A stretch of 64,000 bases of DNA. It comes from Eledone cirrhosa. Lineage: Eukaryota. Shown one piece after another: positions 38,236 through 52,220 of the stretch. The stretch is from contig OZ024744.1 of assembly GCA_964016885.1 (NCBI GenBank), forward strand, positions 72,974,001 through 73,038,000, written 5' to 3'. Position 1 is the first letter of the stretch; each line of letters starts with the position of its first letter. Both the position numbers and the translations under genes were made by a program. Below the pieces are notes generated by a model. It had not been told where the DNA came from. It saw only the letters and a program-made list of their open reading frames with translations, and did not search any database.

Positions 38236-40003
38236 GTTTGTCTTACAACATCTTGTTTTTAGTATTGTGTCAAAAAACAAAAATGAAGTACATATATATA
38301 TATATATATATATACGCATAGTGGCATTCTGTCAGTTATGACGATAAGTATTGCTATTGACATGATCAACAGAACAGCCTGCTCATAAATTAATGTGCAA
38401 GTGACTGAGCATTTCACAAACATGTGTACCCTTAATGTATTTCTTAGGGAGATTCAGTGACACAGAATATGAAAAGGTTGGCCCTTTGTATTACAGGTAC
38501 AACTCATTTTTGCTAGTTGAGGGGTCTGGATCAACGTGAAATAAAGTGTCTTGCTCAACAACACAGTGCACCACTGGGAATCGAACTCATGACCTTATGA
38601 TAATGAGCCAAATACCCTAACCACAAAACCAAGCACCTTCATATATATATATGAGGTGGGGTGCCCCAGCATGGCCTCAGCCGGATGGCTGGAACAGGTA
38701 AAAGAGTAAAAGATTATATATATATATATATATTTATATGTGTGTGTTTGCGTGTTTATTTTAAATTATCTATATTCATCTAAACATCTTCTATCATAAC
38801 AACCTTTGTGATGTAATGCTCCAAACATCAACTTAATAATGAAAAAGTTAGTTATTATTAAATCCTTCTAAATTATTGATATTTCAATTTATTTGAAATC
38901 CATAGGCAATGTCTTTCATTAGAAATATGGTAATGAAAGTATATAAGCTAAAATTTCATCATTCTTGCCATTTTGCTTCTAACCTGGAACTCACAGTAAC
39001 AAATGTCAATGTTTCAGCTGAAAAAAAAAAAATAACAAAATCGTTTATTTCATTTATTTTGTTAATTACCTCAGACAGATGTAGCGTTTATCTTGAACTT
39101 ATTTAATTTCTTAAAACAATTTTTATAACTTCAAATATAAGTATATACAGTGATTAGGGCTGCTTTATTGAGAAATTTTTCTGATGTCAAAATAAAAATC
39201 AAACAATCCTCTTAAGGTGTTGGAATATTTCATCACACAAAGTATTTATAAGGTGAATTATACATAGTATGGCAGTTGACATTATTATTATCATAATTAT
39301 TTTTTTGTCTTAACCTTTAACACACTAGGAATTTTTATGAGTTGTTTTCCTTGACACTGCATTATCTCTTAAGGGGAGATTACTCAAATGGTGCATTTTG
39401 TCGCCTGAAGTTTGCTGAAGGTTAATAGTGTACCAATGTCAAGGTGCAAGGCCTAGTGATTAGAGAGGTTTGACTTAGGATCATAATATTGTGGATTTGA
39501 ATCCTGAATCTGATGATCATTATGTTCTTAAGTAAAAGCACTTCATTTCACATTCCACCAGTATATTCAGCTGGAGGTTAACTCTTAGGGGGAAATCTTG
39601 TAATCTCAGTCACTTAACGCTAATGAAAATTGAAACTGAGGATAAGCACCAGGCCGATGGGCTTAATGGCTTGGAACAGAAATTAACTGTTAACTAATAG
39701 TACGAATGAGGTACTGGAGTCAGTTCTCTCAGTTTCTGTCTGCCTGTCTCTCTACACCATCTCTCTCTATATATATACATATATATATCTATATATCGAC
39801 AGTCAATCGACTTTCATCAAATAGGACGGAGGAAACAATGTTATAATACTATCTATCGGTCGCAACTCCAGGTAGAAGAAGCAACGTGAAATAAAGTGTC
39901 TTGCTCAAGGTCATAACGCATCACCCGGTCTGGGTATCGAACTCACAACCTCACGATTGCAAATCCAATTTTCTAACCACTGAGCCTCACACCTTCACTT
40001 ATA

Positions 40004-41562
40004 TCATCATCATCATCATCAACGTTTAACGTCCGTGTTCCACGCTTGCATGGGTTTGGACGGGGGTAGTCCCACTTGAGGCAAGAGTGATTGTCTTGCT
40101 CGCATAGGACTGTCTGGCAGGTTTTCTACAGTTGGATGCCCTTCCTAACACCAACCACATTTACAGTGTGGGTCTGGGAGGTTTTTACCGTGTTGCCTAC
40201 ACGGCCACATTACAGCGTGGACTGTGTGTTTTTTTGTTGTGACACCTACACGATCTCATTTGTTTCGGCCTGGATGGTGTGGCACCAACATAACTTTACA
40301 TAGGAGGGGTTGGTGTGGATGGGGTGGGGGTGGTGGAACGGGGGTGTATTTTGTTAGAGATGCCTACTGGCTGTAGTAGGTTTTACTTTGTATTTAGGTA
40401 AGGCGGGTCTTCTCTATTACTGAGTACCGCCAAAGGTCTCGGTCCAGTGACATTGTCTTGGAGAGGTGTAAGTGCGTGAGGTCGGAGTTTATCAGCTCGT
40501 CCCAGGATTTTCTAGGTCTGCCTATTCCGTGGCTACCGTCTATCTTTATTGCCCTGCACTTTGTTATACAGCTATCGACTTTCATGCGCATCACGTGTCC
40601 GTACCAATGGAGCCTTCTCTCGAGTAAACAACATCTGATCCCTCTTATTTCTAATTTTTTCCTTAGTTCGTTTATGCTTTGCCGTTCACGTATATTACTA
40701 TTACACATCCAGCGGAGCATGCAAGCTTCGTTCGTCTCTAGTCTGCATATATCCTCTGCACACAATGCCCAGGTCTCACTGCCATGCAACATTGCTGTTC
40801 GTATGCAGGCATCATACAACCTGCCTTTCATTTTTAGGGAGAACCCTTTCGCGGCTAATAGTGGTATAAGCTCTCTGAACTTTTTCCATCCAGTTCTGAC
40901 TCTAGCTACTGTACTTTCAGAGCACCCTCCCCCACTGCTGATTTTGTCACCCAGGTAACGGAAGCTGTCCACTATTTCTATAGAGCCCTCTGCGTAGTTG
41001 TAAGAGCTAGTATTTTGTGGGCACTCGCTGCTACTTATTGCACCAGAACACCGGCCATATGTAAAATCTAAGTTCTTAGTTAGCTTACCTGTGATCCCAC
41101 TACATCTTTTATGCACCCATACTTTGCATTTGGGACATAAAATGGAGTTTCTACCTACGCCTTTCCTACACACTGAGCATGGCCATTTCCCGGAAGGGAC
41201 TGCCGCCTTATTTTCTTTCCTACAAACTAGAACTTTAGTCTTAGCCAGGTTAATTTTAAGGCCTTTTGATTCTAGGCCGTGCTTCCATGTTTGGAATTTC
41301 TTCTCTAGCTCGGCCATTGATTCAGCTATGAGTGTCAGGTCGTCTGCGTATAGGAGTTCCCATGGGCAGCCGGTCTTGAACTCCTCTGTATAGCCTGAAG
41401 GGCAATAATAAATAGTAGGGGGCTGAGAACAGAGCCCTGATAGACGCCAACTTTTACGCTAAACTCTTCACTATATTCGTTGTTAATTCTAACCTTGCTG
41501 ACTGTTTCTTTATACATGGCTTGTATAGCTCTCACAAGCCATTCGTCGACACCTAGTTTTCT
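40004..41562 (-). mobile_element. 5'-truncated RTE LINE (RT C-terminal half, Cys-rich insert, 3' UTR, (GAT)n tail)
   Basis: ORF 41335-41535 (GVYQGSVLSPLLF), a frameshifted LLYADD, and ORF 40394-41317 (KINLAKTK...CSVC...C.KC..WVHKRC...FRYLG...LHGSETW...RLHWYGHV...GRPRKSW). Confidence 0.95.
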
Positions 41563-41854
41563 ATATGTGTGTGTGTGTGTGTGAATCAGCTATATTACAC
41601 TATTAGAATGATCATGGAAGGACCATTCACATTATCCCATTCTCCAGAAATATCTAAGGGCCATGTGACAGACTAGCAATCTTTTTTTATTGAAAAACTG
41701 CTGCGCTACTGTAATTGTTAAAGGATAGTCTGTTGTGCAGTAAGTACATTATGGATCGGAAATTGGACAAATTAAAAGAATAGAGGTATATATTTAGGAA
41801 TACGTGACATATTTATGTATAATAAATTATATATGTCTCATTGTGAATGTTTAA

Positions 41855-42928
41855 CCCTTTAGCATTTGCATTAATTTTCAAACGTCATGCTTATCTGTTT
41901 GCATTATTTTCAGTTAATCATACTCAAAAGGGTTATCAATTTTATTTGTTTGTAATTTTCTTAATTTTCTATGTGCAGGCTTGAAATTTTGTCAGTAGAT
42001 GTTTAAATATCAATAATTTACAATTATATAATTTTAACTGATTTTTTTGGTCAAATTTGACTTTTATGGGCAGGTGAAATTAATTAATAGGGGCATTTGA
42101 AGTATCAACCAGGTGCAAATACTGGTTTAATTTTAAATATGTTGTTTTTGGCATAATACTTGATATATAAGAATCATTAAACCTTATATCAGTGTTCCAG
42201 TAATTCCACAGTCTTGGAAATTGTTTTATACCGAACATAATATTTACGCTAAAAAATGCTTGCATTTCCGCAGCATCTGTCGGTCGCCATAACAGATCGG
42301 GTTTTCCTTGATTTGAAATCTGTTGTTGGGCATATCGATTAATCTCTTCTGCCACAACTTCGAAGAAAGTTTGTGGTAAAAACAAAAAGAAATAATCCAG
42401 TGCTTTAGCATTGGGAGCTAATGTGTGTTGTGGGCCAGTATTTTGAATAAAATCGGGAACATATATTGGTGTGGTATTTTTCAATGGCGTCCTGGAGACC
42501 TCCTTCATTTTCACTTTCAAAATAACAATCATCCTCGGACGAAATTTCAGAAATATAAACATCAGATTCATTTGAAGATAAATCACTAATATTATCGTTT
42601 GTTTCTTGTTTATTCTGAAAGTCGTCATGTGTAAAAACTTCAAAGTCGGTATCACTACTTTCATAAGCCATGTTGATACAAAAAAAAAATTGTTGCACTT
42701 TCAAAGTTAAAAAAACACTTGTTTTAAGTTGTTCCACTATATTAAGTGTTAATTTTCACGGTAAGGGCCTAATCTCGCAGCAGTCTTGAATTGACAAGAT
42801 TTTGATGATGGTTTGTTTATTTTTAGAAAGATTTTTTAGTGTGAGTGTTTTCGGGCGATTTCGGGCGGTTTGAACAAATGAAGGTGAAATAATTCTGGCC
42901 GATTTAGGGTGGTTTGAACACTAAAGGG
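41855..42928 (-). mobile_element. piggyBac internal-deletion derivative
   Basis: TTAA TSDs and CCCTTTAG TIRs at both ends. Carries a transposase N-terminal fragment. Confidence 0.9.
42080..42671 (-). pseudogene. Frameshifted piggyBac (PGBD4-like) transposase N-terminus
   Basis: Acidic N-terminus MAYESSDTDFE..., then ALDYFFLFL...NRYAQQ...W.PTD..EMQAF...MFGI...YW...IMP...Y..L...LHLVD, typical of piggyBac transposases. No DDD catalytic domain is present. Confidence 0.85.
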
Positions 42929-44569
42929 TTAAAGTAGTGATCATATCATAGTTAGCTCAATACCAAGTAGGATACTGGTCTGGAATTTGTCCAGAAACTG
43001 AAGATAGCTATGGTTGGCAGAGAAGTTTGGAAACCATTTTTTTAAAGTTCTATATTTCCTTCGTTTGGCTTAGTTAGCAGATGTTGTTCATCACATGTGG
43101 GTTTGCAGTGATTAAGAATCTGTTAGAAAGAAAAGGAGGGAAGAACAACTCCTGGCTTTAAAAGCAGCACATCAATATTTCAAGTTATTTTTGTATCAAA
43201 GATTTGCTCCAAATACTTGCAGCAGAATGAAATCTATTAAATTCACTAAAGGGTTATATTGTTAAAGATGTTGGATTAGGTTTACCTCTGAAGAATGAAT
43301 ACAGTTGTATGGGCTTTCAGAGACTTTCCATCTCTTATGGCTTGGATCGATCAGAGCTAAGGTTGAAGACACTGGCCCAAGATGCTGCAAAGTGGCATCG
43401 AACCCGGAACCACTTATGATTATAAAGTATGGGGGGGGGGGTTCACTGATAGTCATACATTACTGAAAATTTCTTTTTGTGTTCCCCGAATTTCTAATTC
43501 AATCAGGAATTCCACTGACAAATGTACACAATATGATACCAACATTGCTTTTTTATTATTTTGATTCAATACTATACTTCAAAGGCAGATATCAATTATG
43601 AAGACAATCATCCATGTTCACAGTTACTAGTGGCTGCTCAAGCACCAAGAAATGGAGAATTAAATGTTGTAGTTTGGTTTGTTGTTGAAACATACACCTC
43701 ATTAGACAGTCAAGTAAATCATCCCAACTGTACAGTTTATTCTTTTGAAGATATTCACAATGTTACAACACAATTACTACATTCACCATGTATCTGCACA
43801 TCTGTGTGTGTGTGTGTGTGTGTGTATGCGAATGCATACATGAATGTGTTTTTGTGTGTGCATGCGTGTGCAGAGAGAGAGAGGGGTGGGAGGACAGGGA
43901 GTGGCTTGTCATTCTGAATAAAGCTCACTCCATTTATCTTCCAGTCAACAGTGACAAGTAAGAGTTATACACAAAAATACTGTGATGTCATCTGATACCA
44001 CAACTATAAGCAAAGATGTGCTTTGTAGTATTTCTGTATAATGGAGTGAACCTCCCCAAATTGTTCTATGGTGACTTCATAGGTACCTAAATGCTTACCA
44101 AATCAGTCATTGCAAGGAGTTTTGGTAGGATGTTATCTGCACAAATACCCCGACCCTTAATCTGCCATGTTTTATAATTTGCGGTCATATATACAGAATA
44201 ATGTGTATCATACAAATATACTGAACTCGGTGAACCAAATAATACTAAGCAGTTTTTTGTTTTTTTCTATGAAAGAAACTGATAAATATAATAATGTAAT
44301 AGTTTAATTGAACAATTTTAGTAGCAGTTTATAAATTCACATAAAATATAGATTTTGAAATATTGCTGACTTTTGATATCCTTTTTTTACGTTTTCTTTT
44401 CTATGTTGGCATGGATTTGGAGAGGAATTTTCTGAGAAAGTTTTTATATAGCTTAATACCATTCCTACCTCCAGCATTTGCATTCTTTCAGTTAACTCTT
44501 ACAGTGCACACAGGATTATAACATACATGCTTTAAAAGCTGGGATAGACATGATTCTGTGTGTATTATA

Positions 44570-44608
<39 letters not shown>

Positions 44609-45420
44609 TGAAAGCTACATTTACACAACTCATTTTATTACAAATTTGTTGAAATGCATATTTCTGTGGTGTTATTCTTAATTACATAATACTTCCATCA
44701 CACAATCAACCTATTGATATGGAGACAAACTTATTTTCAATGTTGCTCTTTAAAAACCCATACACAAGTATATATATATATATATATATATACATACACA
44801 CACATGATAAAGTTATATCTGTGTAAGTACAGAGTGGCTCTGAAATAGACATACTAATTTGCATATGATTAGTGCTCGGGTTGGTAATTAATTAAGATTC
44901 AAAGTAAGAAGTGCACTAGCAGTCAAAGTGTATGATAAAGTTATGTCTGTATAATTACAGAACGTTCTGTAATTGTATACACTGCACCAACATGTATAAA
45001 TATACACTTATCTAATATGTAGTCATGTAAACATGCCAGAAAATACGAATTTCCCTGTAATTTGATAAACTGATAAACATCTTTAATCGATTTAAGGATC
45101 TAACTGGAGCCTCATGAGAAGACATGTATATATCATCCAATCAACTGCAAGGAAACATTTATTTGATGGGTATATATACCCATTCACTCTTAGTATTATT
45201 CTGAAATGGACGTACTAATTTGTATATAAATGGATGGGTCTTTTTCAGCATGTCACATTCCTTTGTCAATTCCTCTGTGTGTCTCAGTGGTTTGACATCA
45301 GCTCTCACCTGCACCACCCAAGTTTTTCTAGGTCTACTTCTACTGCATCTTTCTTCCACTGGGATTTTCTGGTACTACTTCACCCAACGACCAATCATGC
45401 ATTCTAATCATCATTTTAAG

Positions 45421-45457
<37 letters not shown>

Positions 45458-47860
45458 GAGAGAGAGAGAGAGAGAGATTTTAAAATAACAGAAGACAAAA
45501 CTGGAAATAACTCTTTAAAGTTTCAATGTTGCAAAAAATGCTATACATATTTCAATCACCTAGTTACATCATCTGATCATGATGTAAGACCCTGGCAACA
45601 TCATCAGGTGTGGATTATATAATTAGTTAATCAATAAAAGAATTACGGCAAAGACAAACAGAGAATAGAGAATATACATGATTAGGAGATGGCCTGCCAA
45701 TTTTGTGTTATTGTTGTGTTGAACCATCTGTGCCTCATCTATATATGCAGTGAGTTTCTCTGCTTTAAGTATCAGGAAGACACTCTGCAAGAAATGGAAA
45801 CCAAACTAAAGGAAGAGGAAAAGCACTATTAATAATAATAATTGTTTTTACTTTAGGCACAAGGCCAGAAATTTGAAGGGGAGGGGAAAGTCGATTAAAT
45901 CAAATCCAGTGTATTACTGGTGCCTTATTTTATCTACCACGTAAGGATGAAAGGCAAAGCTAACCTCAGCGGGATTTAATAATAATGATAATAATGAGTT
46001 CTACTTTAGGCACAAGGCCAGCAATTTGGGGAAAGGGAAAGTTAATTATTTGACTAGTATTTTATTTTCATTGAATGAAAGGCAAAGTTGACTTCAGTGC
46101 CATTTGAAACCAGAATGTAGGTCATAACAAAATACTGCAATGCATTTCATCCTGTGCCTTAACAATTCCACCAATCCACCAATACACCACCCTCCTTTAA
46201 TAAAATAATGATGATATTAACAACAACATCAACAAAAACATTTGTTCTGCCAAACAACCATAAATGCATAAAGGTATATAGCTAGATATTTACAATGTGA
46301 ATATCAACCACTTTATAATAAATCAGCTTAGTTTTGTTGTAGTCTATGTGATCAGTGTAAATAATGATATTCATTATTATTATTACTATCATCATCATCA
46401 CCACCATCAACATCATCACCACCACCACCACCACCACCATCATCATTATCATCGTCGTCGTCATCATGCAATGCACATGTTTAGTCCCAAAAGTGAGCGT
46501 AATTCTGCTAGATATTACCTTAGTAATATTACCATCATGCAACATTCAAACACATACATGCACATATATGCACACACACACACATATGTTCATGTACACA
46601 CACATGCTCATGCACACACACACACACACATACATACATGGCATTATTCCTTCACATTTCTTCTTTCTCTGCAGCAAAGCAAATATTTGTCAGGATTAAT
46701 TTAAATGACAAGAAAAATATGTACATGTTATATTATTTTAATTTAATTTTAAAGCTTATTCTTTATCGGAGTATTCATTCCCTTAACAGAACGGAATACA
46801 AATTTTTGTAACTTTTACATTGACATGATTATTGTTGTTCTTGTTCTTGTTGTTATACTTATTATTATTGTCGTCATCATCATCCCCATCATCATTGTTA
46901 TTATTATCATTATTATTATTATTATTATTATTTCCTGCCAATAATTATATGAGCATTGATATTTTTGTATTATATTTTAATTTCCAAAATTGCCTTTAAT
47001 CAAATTATTTTCATATGATATAAGTACAATTTAAAGTGAAGGAGATTTTATCAAAATTATGGCAATAGAAAGTAATTTATAAGCAGGGAGAACATGCTAG
47101 ATAGCACTCTATAACACAGATTATCTTTAATGTCTTTGGAACCTGGCTGGAAGAAGAAGAAACATTCAAATCTTGATTAAATTGTTTTAAACTAAAATAT
47201 CATAGTAGCTTCTGTTTTGGAATGAAATATATTAATCTTGTCATAAATTGTTATGTTGACCAAACATTTATTTTTAATTTTTTATAGTTATTTTTTTCTT
47301 TTTCTTTTCTTTTTTTTTTAGTTTTATAATGTCATTTATGAAGATGATGGATCATCCATCAGTTTCAACGATGAGCAAGCATTCAGTTGTTGTTAGCTAG
47401 TAGAGGGAGAGGGGGATGAATATTCTATAGGCAAATGTAACCTTAATATAATTCCAAAGATGGTTTAGTGTAACACAATATATTACATGGTTTGGTCTTT
47501 GAATTACAAGAGTAATCCACCTGGCAAGCTTCCACAGTTTCTGTCTACCCACTTTCACACACATAGGCTTGGATTGACTCAAGGCTATGGTAAAGAAACT
47601 TGCCCAAGATACAATATTGTGTGATCGAATTTGAGACATCATGATAGTGAAGTAACCTTATTTTATATATATATATATATATATATCTACACACACATGC
47701 ACACGCACAACGTTTTCTATTGCTAAGGGTATTTTACCTGATTTTCTAATTATTATTATTTATATCGATGAACTATTGTTACAGTTTTTTTTTCTTTTTC
47801 TATATTTGGATTTCAAATATATATATGTATGCACATATGTACATGTATATGTCTGTATAA

Positions 47861-48617
47861 TCATCATCATCATCGTTTTACGTCCATTCTTCCACACTAG
47901 CATGGGTTAGACGGGTTGTCCTGTTGTGGGCAATGTCTGGTTGGCTGACCTTGTCTTGCTCATACGGGAACTGATTCTGGCTTGATTTCTACAGCTGGAT
48001 GTTCTTCCTAACACCAACCTTATTTACAGTGAGTGCTGGGTGCTTTTTTACTGTGGTGCCTACACATCCACTTTACAGTGTGGACTGGGTGCTTTTTGTT
48101 GTGACACCTACATGACCACTTTACTGTGGCGAGTGGGGTATATTGTCTATATGCTTCAGCTTGTACCCGTGGGCAGTCGGGTCTTCTGTATTACTGCATG
48201 ACGCCAGAGATCAAGGTCCTGTGACATTGCCTTTGAGAGGTGCAATTGGGCCAGGTTAGCTTTTATCACCTCATCCCAGGTCTTGTTGGGTCTTCCCACT
48301 CCAAGGCTTCCATTGACTTTTAGTGCTCTACACCTTTTTATGAAGTTGTCATCCTTCATACGCATCACATGTCCATACCAACACAACCTCCTCTTCTGCA
48401 CACAACATTTGATTCCTCTTATGCTTAGTCTCTCTCTCTCAATTCGTTTATACTTTGCTGTTTGTGTCTATTACTATTACACATCCATCGGCTTTGTTTC
48501 TTTCTAATCTACGCAAGTCTTCTACACACAACGCCCGGATCTCACTCCCATGTAATGTTGCTGTTCGTATGCTCGCATCATACAGTCTGCTTTTCATTTT
48601 GAGGGAAAAGCCTTTCA
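47861..48617 (-). mobile_element. RTE LINE 3' fragment
   Basis: ORFs 48448-48729 and 48156-48401 match the 40394 RTE family. (GAT)n tail present. Confidence 0.9.
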
Positions 48618-49037
48618 CAAAGTTTAAGCAAAGAATTTCTGCTTTAATCCTAAGTGGGATCATCTGTAACTGAGAAATATAAGTCTGTAGATGCAGGAGT
48701 AAATATTTCAAAAAAGAAATTACAATCAAATATTGCCGTTAGAAAATAGAATGACATATCAGTAGCACGTGAGGACGTTTTCTTGGGATAAGCAAAATAT
48801 ATGCAAGGAGAATTATATCATAATGTGAAGTGCGATGAACAAATTCTTGCTATGAAAGAATCAGGAGACTAATATTGTTTTTAGAATAGCTGAATAATTC
48901 CCAGTGGATTTCTAGATAAGGTAGAAGCACAAAACTAAGAAAAATAGATCCAGACACATTATATGGTATAAATCACTGTATAATATTGAAGTGGTAGTAC
49001 AGGCTGTTTGACACATTGAGTATCACATCGAGGAAAT

Positions 49038-49330
49038 TCACCACAGATAAGTTGCATCAACATGAATGGGAAGGTTGAAACCTTTGAAGAAAGCAATAAG
49101 CTCCTTTCTAAACCTATCAATAGCTCGAGGTCCACACTTAGTCATAGTCAAAAGACCAAGATCATGCTTCAGACCCCCCACATACATTGAGGAATTCATC
49201 CTTAATGGAAAAGAGTAAAAACAGACCAATAACGTCTGTGACCTCTGCCAAATCGTTGGGACCCATGCCAACTTATGAGCATTTAAGATAACATCAACTT
49301 CAAAACCCTTAATCTCCATGAGCGTTTTGA
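49038..49330 (-). mobile_element. Highly decayed Penelope-like RT fragment
   Basis: GGLKHDLGLL...GPRAIDRFRKELIAFFKGFNLPI resembles the PLE 'GLYRDDGL...GP..DR.RK.L...FK...L.I' RT segment. Confidence 0.45.
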
Positions 49331-50361
49331 TGAAATTAATAGTTTTAAGAAGGAGTGGAAGGATAAACAGGTGACTAGGTCCTGCTCATCTGCTTTGTTT
49401 TGGACGGGTGGCGTCTGTCTTTTTAGGATGTACCAGGCTTTCCTAGGTTGGGAAAGTGTTCAACGGAGAAGGGGAATCAGTGAAGGTTCATCTTCACTTT
49501 CCATGCTTGCATGTATTAAGGGAAAACGAGGGAGTTGCTCATCTCTCTACTTCTTCAGGTTTAGGGTGGAAAAAGGGATTGTGAGCATATTTACAAGGAA
49601 TTCAATAGTGCACTGGTAGGTGGTAGATAAGACCTGAGTGTTGTACCACCTCTCTGCTTCTTTTGGTTTAGGGTAGAAGGAGGTAGGGGATTAGACATCC
49701 TCCTTGTGCAGCTTCATTCCACTTACTCACATTAGAAGGCCAGTATTACAGAATATCACCAGTTTTCTTGATTCTGGGTCATCTCCTTTGTGAGGTCCAC
49801 TACATCATCCCAGATTTTTCTAGGTCCTCCCGCTCCTCAACCCTTACTAACTGGGATAGCTGATGTTAAACGATGATGATGATGAGGAGGAGGATAAAGA
49901 TAGTGGTGATGGTGGTGATGTCGATGCTGATGGTAACAAATAAATAGAAACAGGCAGAACAACAAGACTGCTAGCCGAGAACACTGACTTTCTGACATGA
50001 TTAGAAATATTTTAGAACATTACCCCCTACTCATTTTTTTAATGTATTTTAATTATTTCATAAATTCTGAAACTATTTTGTCAGATCATAACATTTATGT
50101 GACAGTCAGACAAAAATGTCTTCTACAATCATAATAATATTGATTTCATATTTTTGCCTCGTGAAACATATTTTCAATTAATATAAAGCTCCATAGAAGA
50201 TGTTCATCTTATAAAACTGAAACTTATTTAATTAATTCACTTGTATATTTTTTTAAAAAGTCATATTAATTTAGAATAAATATATATAATAGAAAATAAA
50301 ATAAATCATCAGTATTATCATTCCGGCCCTTGTGGCCGATAAATGAAACTATTGTTATTAA

Positions 50362-50865
50362 TGGCAGTGGATTGGCAGTGTCGGTAGAGTGTCAGACACC
50401 ATACATTGCAGCATAGAGTTATGGCCATTTACATTCTAAGTTCAAAACCCGCTGAGGTTAACTTTGACTTTCATCCTTACGGGGGTCGATAAAATAAAGT
50501 ACCAGTAATGTACTGGGGTAATTGCTGGCCTTGTGCCAAAAGTAGAAACATTATTATTATTAGTAGTAGTAGTAAATGGCGGTGGATTGGCAGTATCGGT
50601 AGAGGGTCGGACACCATGCTTTGACGCATTGAGTTACGGCCCTTGCCATTCTGAGTTCAAATCCCGCCGAGGTTAACTTTGCCTTTCATCCTTACGGGGT
50701 CGATAAAATAAAGTACCAGTAATACACTGGGATAATTGTTGGCCTTGTGCCAAAAGTAGAAACAATTATTATTAGTATTAGTAGTAGTAGTATCATTAAG
50801 GCAGTGGATTGACAGTGACGGTAGAGTGTCGGACACTCTGCTTTGCAGCATAGAGTTATGGCCCA
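50362..50865 (+). mobile_element. Head-to-tail SINE family A array (3 units, last one truncated)
   Basis: Units start at ~50362, 50578 and 50800, separated by (ATT/AGT)n. Confidence 0.85.
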
Positions 50866-50879
50866 AGGATAGTGAGCCA

Positions 50880-52200
50880 TGCTGATCGATATCATTGTCA
50901 GAAAGTTGTTCTGGGAATCTAACATATAGTGGTTTTGCCTTACATTCACGGTTTAGTTCCTCTCTTTGGAATTTCTTTGCTTTGATCTTCATAGCTAGCT
51001 GTGCAACACTCTGTCGTTGATTTTCTACGGGTATGTCTTGTTCTGTGTTCAGTTTTTGCCAAAGTTTTCTTGTCTCTTTTGTTATTGAGTATAGTTTTTT
51101 TAATCCTTTCATGCTTGAGTACAGGCATAAGGAGTTCATCTCGGGTGTGGTGGAGGTAGCTATCCAATCCAATGGTTTCTGTTTTGTATGCGTTTCTAGT
51201 TGTCGGTGCCCCCCATTCCACCGTCTCCTTGAGATATACAGCCTATTTACATCGGCTTTAGGGTGGTGTATTTTTTCTGTTGTCAATAGTTTCTTTGTCT
51301 TAGTGTCCAACCTTTGTTGTTTTTGCAGATTCTAGTTTATGATGTTAAAGCTGTATGTTACTACTGGTACTGCTAGACTGTTAATGGCTTTGTACTTGTT
51401 GCAGGAGTTTAGCTCACTTTTTGTTACCAATCCCAATCTCCTTATGTATTCCTTCTGTATTTTTTCCTTCATACTTGCATGCTGGATTCCATCTCCTTTA
51501 TTAATTCCAAGATATTCGTAAAACTCTTCATTATTAAGTTCCTTTATTGTTGTTTGATGGTCTATGACAATATCTTTATGGATAGAGAGCAACCGTCTCT
51601 TGAATGTGGCTTTTGCACACTTGTCCAGTCCAAATTCCATATGGATGTCATCACTGAATTGTTTCAGTGTGCAGTAAATCTTCCAGCTGCCTATCATTGT
51701 TTCCAAATAGCTTGATAATATCCATATAAAGAAGATGACTGTATTGTGTGTTTTCTACTTTATATCCATAGCCTGTCCTCCACAGTAACTAACTGAAACT
51801 TTAGCCAACCTTTAGATCTCTTCGAGATAGTACCTAGTGCTCATATGACAATGGGGACGACCTTGATTCATGACAGTCCCAAATCCTTTCCAGTTTCCAC
51901 TTTAGATCTTAATATCAGTTAATTTCCTCCTCCTTCTCTTGCTCTCTTGTGTCAAAGGGATAAGCTACATCTAAAATCAAGCAAGATCTTTTTCCTTGTC
52001 AAAAACCACCAGGTCAGGCCTGTTGTGTTCGAATTCTTTAGCTGTTTGTATCCTGAAATCCCACAGCACCTTCACCTGATCATTTTCTATCACTGACTTT
52101 GGTTTATGCTCATACCACTTCTCAGAGTGGGGTAAATTATTTAGTTTGCATAAATCGCTTTTCCGATGATATCATGCCTCCATCCTTTATAATGACTCCA
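50880..52200 (-). mobile_element. R4/Dong-like RLE non-LTR fragments
   Basis: HL LYMD, MEFGLDKCAK, YEYLGI, KAINSLAVPVVTYSF and HHPKADVNRLYISR in 50880-51780. WYEH, LWDF.IQT, NRPDLVV and VVPIVI in 51790-52200. Confidence 0.8.
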
Positions 52201-52220
52201 GGCTATTATTATTATTATTA

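Noticed and set aside
40458-41393. + strand ORFs of 166 and 100 aa
   Set aside because: Antisense shadows of the RTE reverse transcriptase ORF.
50578-50670. tRNA genes suggested by A/B boxes
   Set aside because: These are SINE heads running into the SINE core and tail; no full cloverleaf.
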